The position numbers and the translations under genes were made by a program. A stretch of DNA of 57,401 nucleotides from Candidatus Zixiibacteriota bacterium (GTDB taxonomy: Bacteria > Zixibacteria > MSB-5A5 > GN15 > JAAZOE01): NCBI GenBank assembly GCA_043819555.1, contig JBDREQ010000040.1:1-57401 (forward strand), written 5' to 3'. Position 1 is the stretch's first letter. Every line of letters starts with the position of its first letter. Below the pieces are notes generated by a model. It saw nothing but the letters and a program-made list of their open reading frames with translations. It made no database searches and was not told the DNA's origin. Positions 50,392 to 57,401 of this stretch are shown here, in pieces.

Positions 50392-50458
50392 ATCTATCTT
50401 TCTTAAAAGTAAACCGAACGCGCCAAGGAGGTCCGGTTTTTATAACCTGGCAAGTATT

Positions 50459-52387
50459 TTACTTGCCGCCGCCACGCGTATAATTTAAAAGTCCGCCGGC
50501 GCGAATAATCTGTATCTGCCTCGATGTCAACGAATAGGTAACTTGAATATCGATTCCTTTGGAAATATTTTTAACGGTAATATCGGCGCCGGTTGAGAGA
50601 ATATCGGATATCATCGGCAATTTCAAATTATCGCCCTGGTCAATTCTGTCATAATCCTCAGGAAAGGCAAATGTCAAAGGCAGTATCCCGAAATTTATGA
50701 GATTGGCCAGATGAATGCGGGCGAATGATTTGGTTAGTACCATTTTAAGCCCCAGATACATTGGAGCCAACGCGGCATGTTCACGGGACGAACCCTGGCC
50801 ATAATTTTCACCGCCGATAATAAAACCGCCTTTGTTATCCCTGGCTCTCTTGACAAAATCGGAATCTACATAGTAATAAACAAATTCGGCTATTTTGGGA
50901 ATATTTGACCGCAACGGCAGAATTTTGGCCCCGGCCGGCATAATATGGTCGGTTGTGATATTGTCACCGACTTTTAATAATACTTTGCCATCCAGTGTTG
51001 ATGGCATCGGTTCATTTATCGGCAACGGCGCGATATTCGGTCCACGAATAATCTTAACCTTGGCCGGTTCCTGAGATGGCTCAATCAATCCCGAATCATC
51101 AATTTTGATTGTTTCAGGCAACTTTATCTTGGGATATGTTTTCAATTCACGCGGATCGGTGATATATCCGGTCACAGCCGCGGCCACACAGGTTTCCGGG
51201 CTGGCCAGGTAAACCTGAGCATCCTTGGTGCCCGACCGTCCCGGGAAATTGCGGTTGAAAGAACGAATCGACACCGCCCCGGAACTGGGCGCCTGTCCCA
51301 TGCCGATACATGGTCCGCATCCCGATTCGATTATGCGGCATCCGGCCGCTATCATATCAGTTAAAGCGCCATTTGATGCGACCGCTTCCAGGACTTGTTT
51401 CGAGCCGGGTGATATCGTGCAGGAAACATCCGGGTGGACATGCCGGCCCTTGAATAATCCGGCTGTTATAATCAAATCTGTATATGATGAATTGGTACAG
51501 CTTCCGATACAAACCTGATCAACCTTCACCCGCTTGATCGATTTCACTTTAACGACATTATCAGGCGAATGCGGCCTGGCAATCATCGGTTCCAATTTAT
51601 TAAGATCGATTTTTATGATTTTGGCATATCTGGCATCGGAGTCAGCCTCCAGTGGAATCCATGATTTTACCCGTTTTTGAAGCTTCAGAAACGATTTCGT
51701 GTTTTCATCGGAAGGAAATATCGAGGTTGTTGCACCCAATTCCGCACCCATATTGGTAATCGTAGCGCGTTGAGGAACGGTAAGATTTTTTACTCCCGGA
51801 CCGCCATATTCTATAACCCGGCCTAAGCCGCCCTTAACCGAAAGTACCCGCAATACTTCGAGAATAACATCTTTGGCTGTAACAAATTGTTTTAAAGTTC
51901 CGGTCAAATGAATTTTTAGAACTTCGGGCATCCTCAGGTAAAACGCCCCACCTCCCATGGCTACGGCGACATCCAGACCACCGGCGCCCAATGCAAGCAT
52001 CCCAATTCCGCCCCCGGTAGGAGTATGCGAGTCGGAACCGATCAAAGTTTTTCCTGGAACTCCAAACCGTTCTAAATGAACCTGATGGCAAATCCCATTA
52101 CCCGGCCGGGAAAAATAAATGCCATATTTGGCCGCAACCGATTGCAGATATCTGTGGTCGTCAGCGTTTTCGAATCCTGACTGAAGCATATTATGGTCAA
52201 CGTAGCTAACCGAAACTTCTGTCTGGACTTTCTTTAACCCCAACGCCTCAAACTGCAGATAGGACATCGTCCCCGTCGCGTCCTGGGTCAGGGTCTGGTC
52301 TATTTTAATGGCGATATCTTCGCCAGCTTCCATCTTTCCGCTAACGAGATGACCCGAAATAATTTTTTCAGCCAAATTCATTCCCAT
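50459..52387 (-). CDS. Aconitate hydratase (short Aquifex/archaeal-like type)
   Basis: QDATG, GSDSHT, IGSCTN, CGPCIG, NRNF, DNITTDHI, YGQGSSREHA. Confidence 0.9.
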   Translation of the reverse strand: MGMNLAEKIISGHLVSGKMEAGEDIAIKIDQTLTQDATGTMSYLQFEALGLKKVQTEVSVSYVDHNMLQSGFENADDHRYLQSVAAKYGIYFSRPGNGICHQVHLERFGVPGKTLIGSDSHTPTGGGIGMLALGAGGLDVAVAMGGGAFYLRMPEVLKIHLTGTLKQFVTAKDVILEVLRVLSVKGGLGRVIEYGGPGVKNLTVPQRATITNMGAELGATTSIFPSDENTKSFLKLQKRVKSWIPLEADSDARYAKIIKIDLNKLEPMIARPHSPDNVVKVKSIKRVKVDQVCIGSCTNSSYTDLIITAGLFKGRHVHPDVSCTISPGSKQVLEAVASNGALTDMIAAGCRIIESGCGPCIGMGQAPSSGAVSIRSFNRNFPGRSGTKDAQVYLASPETCVAAAVTGYITDPRELKTYPKIKLPETIKIDDSGLIEPSQEPAKVKIIRGPNIAPLPINEPMPSTLDGKVLLKVGDNITTDHIMPAGAKILPLRSNIPKIAEFVYYYVDSDFVKRARDNKGGFIIGGENYGQGSSREHAALAPMYLGLKMVLTKSFARIHLANLINFGILPLTFAFPEDYDRIDQGDNLKLPMISDILSTGADITVKNISKGIDIQVTYSLTSRQIQIIRAGGLLNYTRGGGK

Positions 52388-52480
52388 TGCCGTCTCCTAT
52401 CTCTTATGAATATTCCTCACCTATAGGCAGTAATAAAACATCGAAAAACAAATAAAGTCAACCGATTATTGCCAAGCGGC

Positions 52481-52509
52481 TTGAACTTTCTATTTTAAAA
52501 TGATATACT
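52481..52509 (+). promoter_or_regulatory. Sigma70 promoter of the ispE operon
   Basis: TTGAAC-N17-TATACT with extended TGn. Confidence 0.65.
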
Positions 52510-52517
52510 ACAACACC

Positions 52518-53444
52518 ATGGAGCTTAATTCCAACATCAAGCCTGAATTTGCCGGCCATATTACTCAGGGCAGGTCAGAAATATTTATTTCTGCCCCGGC
52601 CAAAATTAATTTGTTTCTCAAAGTTACCGGCCGGCGGCCAGACGGATATCATAATATATATTCCTGGTTTCAAGCTGTCGATCTGGCCGATCATTTGCAT
52701 ATTTGTAAATTGACCAAATCGGAGATATTGATTGAAACCAATTGGCCATCTATCCCGACCGGTTCGAATAACCTTGTTTATAAGGCGGCGGAATTGATTC
52801 AACGCAATTTTGGACGAAATTTGGGATTTAAAATTAATCTATTTAAACAAATTCCAGCCGGGGCAGGTTTGGGAGGAGGCTCTTCGGATGCGGCGGCATT
52901 TATTAAGGGGGCCAATAAATTAATCGGTTTGGACATGAGCAACCGGGATATGGAAAAATTGGGACTCGAAATCGGCTCCGATATTCCGTTTTTCTTTGGC
53001 ACCGGACAAGCCGAAGTAAGCGGCAGGGGTGAAATAGTTAAACCCATTCAACTGCCGACTGATTACAGAGTTATCCTGGTAACGCCGGATTTTGAGATTA
53101 GTGCCGCGGATGCATATCGGTACCTGAAATTGGACTTGACAGGACCTAATCATAATGTTAACTTAACCTGTTGTAAAACAACGGGTGAGTTATTTGGTAT
53201 GATTTCCCAAATGACCAACGATTTAGAAATTGAATTGAAGAAGTTATATCCCATATTTGGGGATATAGAAGAAAGGCTGATAAAGTTCGGCGCAAGAATT
53301 GCGAGACTAAGCGGTAGCGGTCCCACAATTTTTAGTCTTTTTGATAAAAGCGCTGTTGAGGAAGAATTTGCATTATCCTTCGTGGGGGAGGGATGGGGGT
53401 GTTTTGATGTGAACCCTCTTATCCTACCGCTTAGGGATAGCTAA
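52518..53444 (+). CDS. ispE: 4-Diphosphocytidyl-2-C-methyl-D-erythritol kinase
   Basis: APAKINLFL, IPAGAGLGGGSSDAA, GSDIPFF, LSGSGP. Confidence 0.96.
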   Translation: MELNSNIKPEFAGHITQGRSEIFISAPAKINLFLKVTGRRPDGYHNIYSWFQAVDLADHLHICKLTKSEILIETNWPSIPTGSNNLVYKAAELIQRNFGRNLGFKINLFKQIPAGAGLGGGSSDAAAFIKGANKLIGLDMSNRDMEKLGLEIGSDIPFFFGTGQAEVSGRGEIVKPIQLPTDYRVILVTPDFEISAADAYRYLKLDLTGPNHNVNLTCCKTTGELFGMISQMTNDLEIELKKLYPIFGDIEERLIKFGARIARLSGSGPTIFSLFDKSAVEEEFALSFVGEGWGCFDVNPLILPLRDS

Positions 53445-53469
53445 CCGTATTCAGCGGGAGGTGTCAGCC

Positions 53470-53745
53470 GTGGAAATCACCGAGATAAGAATCACGTTGA
53501 GAAACGAAGAAAAACTTAAAGGGTTTGCCAACGTGACCTTCGACAACGCCTTTGTTGTTCGGGGACTCAAGATAATTTCGGGTAACTCCGGGTATTTTGT
53601 GTCGATGCCAAGCAGAAAAAGGCCGGACGGCAGTCATCAGGATATCTGCCATCCGATTAATAATGAAACTCGTCAGAATATTGAGGAGAAGGTTCTGGAG
53701 GCTTATGAGATGGAGTTGAAAGCCTCGACTGCTCAACAGACGTAA
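53470..53745 (+). CDS. spoVG: SpoVG family nucleic-acid-binding protein
   Basis: EITEIRI, FVSMPSRK, DICHPIN. GGGAGGTG SD before the GTG start. Confidence 0.95.
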   Translation: MEITEIRITLRNEEKLKGFANVTFDNAFVVRGLKIISGNSGYFVSMPSRKRPDGSHQDICHPINNETRQNIEEKVLEAYEMELKASTAQQT

Positions 53746-53753
53746 AAAATTAT

Positions 53754-53828
53754 TGGGGCGTCGTCAAGCGGTAAGACACAAGCCTTTGGAGCTTGCATTC
53801 GCAGGTTCGAATCCTGCCGCCCCAGCCA
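53754..53828 (+). tRNA. tRNA-Gln (TTG)
   Basis: TGGGGCG acceptor, anticodon arm CAAGC-CTTTGGA-GCTTG, GGTTCGAATCC T arm, encoded CCA. Confidence 0.98.
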
Positions 53829-53850
53829 GACGACAAGTTATGAATGGTTC

Positions 53851-53890
53851 ACCTGTTCTGAGTCCAAGTTGAACCGGGACAGGTTTTTTT
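53851..53890 (+). terminator. Terminator-like hairpin between tRNA-Gln and prs
   Basis: ACCTGTTCTG...CGGGACAGGT followed by a T run. Confidence 0.6.
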
Positions 53891-53921
53891 GTCATAACCT
53901 TTGGAAGACTGACATGTAATT

Positions 53922-54866
53922 ATGCTGAATAACAAGCATGTGCGTATAATTTGCGGCACGGCCAACCGGCCTTTGGGCGAAGCGATCGCTCGAAAGCTTA
54001 ATGTTCCCCTATGCGATACCGAAATCAAACGGTTTTCGGATGGCGAGATATTTGTTCAGATTAATGAGAATATTCGGGGAGCACATGTTTTTATTGTGCA
54101 GCCGACTAATCCATCGGCCGATAACCTTTTTGAACTGCTAATGCTTATTGAGGCGTCACGCCGATCTTCGGCCAAAAATATTACGGCTGTAATTCCGTAT
54201 TACGGTTATGCTCGCGCCGACCGCAAAGAAATGCCTCGCGTGTGTATCGCCGCCAAGCTAATTGCGGATCTTTTAAGCACCGCCGGAGCCAACCGTGTTA
54301 TAACCATGGATTTACATGCTGCTCAAATTCAGGGCTTCTTTTCGATTCCGGTTGATCACCTTTATTCCTCGATCATATTTAACGATTTCCTGCGAAAAAT
54401 CCCGACAAAAAATTTAGTTGTCGTCAGCCCCGATGTCGGTTCAATAAAGGTGGCCCGCGCTTTCGCAAAAACGATGCGGGCTAGTCTGGCCATAATCGAT
54501 AAACGGCGGCCGGTACAGAACAAGGCAACGGTCGTACACATCATCGGAGAAGTCAAGGGTTGCGATGTCATCATCCGCGATGATATGATTGATACCGCCG
54601 GAACTTTGACCGAAGCCGCCAAAGCGCTCAAGGAAGCCGGATGCGGAAAAATATTCGCCTGCGCGGCGCACGGCGTATTATCCGGCAACGCCCTGGAACG
54701 AATCGATAATTCGCCGATTGAAAAAGTTATTATATCTGACTCGATAGATCAATCACAGCGAAACCTGTCCGATAAGTTTATGGTATTAAGCTGTGCCGAA
54801 ACCTTCGCCGAATCAATTGATAGAATTGAAACTGACGCTTCGGTGTCAATGATGTTTAGAACTTGA
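53922..54866 (+). CDS. prs: Ribose-phosphate pyrophosphokinase
   Basis: FSDGE, PYYGYARADRK, DLHAAQIQGFF, DDMIDTAGT. Confidence 0.98.
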   Translation: MLNNKHVRIICGTANRPLGEAIARKLNVPLCDTEIKRFSDGEIFVQINENIRGAHVFIVQPTNPSADNLFELLMLIEASRRSSAKNITAVIPYYGYARADRKEMPRVCIAAKLIADLLSTAGANRVITMDLHAAQIQGFFSIPVDHLYSSIIFNDFLRKIPTKNLVVVSPDVGSIKVARAFAKTMRASLAIIDKRRPVQNKATVVHIIGEVKGCDVIIRDDMIDTAGTLTEAAKALKEAGCGKIFACAAHGVLSGNALERIDNSPIEKVIISDSIDQSQRNLSDKFMVLSCAETFAESIDRIETDASVSMMFRT

Positions 54867-54896
54867 GACGCGAAAATATTTCTGGAGGTTGAATAG

Positions 54897-55583
54897 ATGA
54901 AAGAACTTAATCTGAAAGTTTCCAAACGCGAAAATACTGGAAAAGGTTTTAATCGCCGTTTGCGCGATGAAGGAATTGTACCCGCGGTTGTGTATGGACC
55001 GGATGCGGAACCGGTCCCTGTTCAAGTTGATTACCGCGAATTATATCGATTAATGCATGGTCAACCCATGTCAACTATCATTAATCTTGATATTGAAGGA
55101 ATCGATGAACCGGATCGCAAGGTTCTCATACGAGAATTGCAAAAAGATCCCGTTTCGGGCAAACTGGTGCACCTCGATTTCCACAATATATCGATGGACA
55201 AACTGATTACTATTACTGTTGCCGTCTATACGGTTGGTGTCCCCGAAGGCGTAAAGAACTTTGGCGGCGTGGTTCAGACTATCCTGCGTGAAATTGAGGT
55301 ATCATGTTTGCCGACCGCCATACCGGATAATATAGAAATTGATATTTCTCATCTGAATATCGGGGATTCAATTCACGTTTCGGACCTGAAGCTTGAAAAT
55401 GTGGATATTTTGACCGACGCGGTTCGTACAATCGTAACTATCAGCGCTCCGACGGTCATCAAGGAAGTTGAGGCTGCTGAAGAAGAAGCAGTTGAAGGCG
55501 AAGAAGGCGCTGAAGGCGAGGGAAAAGAAGGCGAGGAAAAAGAAGGCGAAGACAAGAAAGACGAAGGCGACAAGAAAAAATAA
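54897..55583 (+). CDS. rplY: 50S ribosomal protein L25/Ctc with acidic tail
   Basis: RRLRDEGIVPAVVYG, HLDF, GVKNFGG, LNIGDSIHV. Confidence 0.97.
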   Translation: MKELNLKVSKRENTGKGFNRRLRDEGIVPAVVYGPDAEPVPVQVDYRELYRLMHGQPMSTIINLDIEGIDEPDRKVLIRELQKDPVSGKLVHLDFHNISMDKLITITVAVYTVGVPEGVKNFGGVVQTILREIEVSCLPTAIPDNIEIDISHLNIGDSIHVSDLKLENVDILTDAVRTIVTISAPTVIKEVEAAEEEAVEGEEGAEGEGKEGEEKEGEDKKDEGDKKK

Positions 55584-55610
55584 TTTTCTGGCACCTGATA
55601 AATTAATCAC

Positions 55611-55651
55611 AATAAAAAACCCCATATCAAACGCGGGGTTTTTTATTTTTT
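55611..55651 (+). terminator. Terminator after rplY
   Basis: AATAAAAAACCCC...GGGGTTTTTTATT. Confidence 0.8.
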
Positions 55652-55676
55652 GCGAGAGTATTGACTGGGTCTTTGC

Positions 55677-55958
55677 GTGACACAGCAAAACTTTCGCTAT
55701 ATTCGGCATATCCCTCCTTTTTCCATTCGGGAAAGCTCATCAGATTGGCAAAAAAGTATACTTCGTCAGCAGCGTGATTGGGATTGGCCACCGGTCCATC
55801 CCGATTCACCTGCCGGTGAAGCCGGTTTGTTGGTCGGGGATAGAGTAGTCAGTAAAGACAATCAACTGCCTATGAATATTGATGGAGATAATATGAGAGC
55901 GATGCTCCGCAAGGACGGCAAAATTATGTTTCGTATCAGACCGCATTCGAGAAATTAA
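55677..55958 (+). pseudogene. Possible PDZ-domain gene remnant
   Basis: VHPDSPAGEAGLLVGDRVVS resembles the PDZ motif. The rest looks unconserved and has no clear SD. Confidence 0.4.
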
Positions 55959-56131
55959 TTTGAATAATCGTGAAAAATTATTCTTAGTTGATTAAACAAC
56001 TCCTCTGATTGAAAGTCATTTGTATAGGGCTGTCTTAATTTACGTTAAATAAGGGGTTGCAATTACTGTAAGATTTTTAGCCTGCTTCGAGCCATCTTTA
56101 TAGAACAGAGATATTTTATTTGCAGGTATTT

Positions 56132-57401
56132 ATGAAGCGAGTTGGCAATTTTAGAAGTACAGTTCAAAGAATATTCCCCGTTTTTAATCTTTTTCTTATT
56201 ATTTATGCCTTATTAACCATTACTATATCAGCCGATGGAGTGCCATTCAGTCAGGATAGAAACCCAAATTTGAGATTTATATCACCCAAAATCACTGATA
56301 CTTATTCTTACTCACCTGAATTTAAGACCTCCGGCATGAGCCCTCAAGAACTCGATTCAGCGATAAATTCTATCATTCAAAAAAATTACTTGCCGGGAGT
56401 GGCTGTCGCGGTTATCAAGGGAGACAAAGTCATTTACTCTAAAGGATACGGCTACGCCAGGATTGAAACCGGTCAAAAAACTACCGATACGACTTCTTAT
56501 ATGCTGGCTTCGGTGAGCAAAACTTTTACAGGCATGGCCCTCATGCAACTGTGGGAAGCGGGCGCGTTTGATCTGGATGATGATGTTAACGATTATCTCC
56601 CTTTTTCGGTTCGCAATCCCAACTATCCTCATTTACCGATCACATTTCGTATGATTTTAACTCATACTTCCAGCCTGCGGGATAATTGGGATGTCATGTA
56701 TTCAACTTATCACCCCGGCGACAGCCCTATCCCTTTGCCATATTATGTTGAAAACTATTTCGTTGCGGGCGGTGAGTTTTATAATGAAAATAAAAATTTT
56801 TACCAGTGGAGCCCGGGCGTCGCCTATACTTATTGCAATCACGGACTTGTTCTTGCCGGTTACCTGGTTGAAGCCGTTTCGGGAATTGATTTGAATCAAT
56901 GGTGTCGGGATTCGATCTTTACCCCCCTTGACATGAGACAAACGGCATGGTTTTTTTCTGAATTAAATTCAAACAATATTGCCATGCCTTACAACCTGAA
57001 TATGTATCAGCTTGAGTCCATCGGTCATTTTGGATACGCTGATTGGCCGGCCGGGCAATTACGATCCAGCGCACTGGACCTGGCCAAACACCTCAGGCTT
57101 TTTATGAATTACGGTCAGGTTGACGGGGTGCGGCTTCTCGACAGCACAACGGTCGCTGAAATCACAACGATTCAGTATCCCAATATTTACACGCATCTTG
57201 GGCTGGTTTGGTTTAATTTCGATTATTGGGGATGTTCTACATGGATGCACGACGGTGGTGATCAGGGTGTCGCAACTTATATCAGTTTCTGTAATGAATA
57301 CAAAACCGCCGTAGTTGTTCTGACCAATATTTCAAATCACAGCGCCGTCAGTTCTATTAAACAGCTTTTATTTCAGTTTTCTGAACAAGGAATTCACCTA
57401 A
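56132..57401 (+). CDS. Secreted serine hydrolase (beta-lactamase class C/AmpC-like family), 3' end beyond window
   Basis: Hand translation from ATG 56132: LPGVAVAVIKG, LASVSKTFT (SxxK), LTHTSS, YCN, HDGGD. Frame is open to the window end, so it is absent from the ORF track. Confidence 0.9.
   Translation, partial: MKRVGNFRSTVQRIFPVFNLFLIIYALLTITISADGVPFSQDRNPNLRFISPKITDTYSYSPEFKTSGMSPQELDSAINSIIQKNYLPGVAVAVIKGDKVIYSKGYGYARIETGQKTTDTTSYMLASVSKTFTGMALMQLWEAGAFDLDDDVNDYLPFSVRNPNYPHLPITFRMILTHTSSLRDNWDVMYSTYHPGDSPIPLPYYVENYFVAGGEFYNENKNFYQWSPGVAYTYCNHGLVLAGYLVEAVSGIDLNQWCRDSIFTPLDMRQTAWFFSELNSNNIAMPYNLNMYQLESIGHFGYADWPAGQLRSSALDLAKHLRLFMNYGQVDGVRLLDSTTVAEITTIQYPNIYTHLGLVWFNFDYWGCSTWMHDGGDQGVATYISFCNEYKTAVVVLTNISNHSAVSSIKQLLFQFSEQGIHL

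Noticed and set aside
50392..50458. Glycine riboswitch upstream of gcvT
   Set aside because: Gap is only 67 nt and lacks the GGAGA...CCGAAG aptamer core.
55480..55580. GAAGGCGA-type tandem repeats
   Set aside because: They simply encode the low-complexity Glu/Gly/Lys tail of L25.

Overview
Bacterial chromosomal window of mostly housekeeping genes, largely on the minus strand. Gene content and order suggest a diderm of the FCB/candidate Zixibacteria type (inference only). It holds a complete F1Fo ATP synthase operon with a candidate Rex box and a classical menaquinone operon headed by a DAHP synthase (aroF-menF-D-H-B-A-C-E plus a convergent thioesterase). Also present: yggS-divIVA-PNP, rubrerythrin with a flavin reductase-rubredoxin fusion, aconitase-gcvT-comB, and ispE-spoVG-tRNA-Gln-prs-rplY. 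No CRISPR array, transposase, prophage or rRNA was seen. Most notable observations: (1) a frameshift-split gene that appears to fuse a DprA/SLOG-like domain to an AbiGi/ADP-ribosyltransferase-like domain; (2) an orphan family-5 solute-binding protein in an operon with an NtrY/NtrX-like pair, divergent from a propeller lipoprotein carrying a sigma54 promoter and a 20-bp palindromic enhancer; (3) a 46-aa ORF missing from the ORF track, with its own sigma54 promoter and enhancer repeats; (4) an anticodon-less AsnRS paralogue behind a structured leader ending in a terminator; (5) several different REP-like palindromes around mscL.
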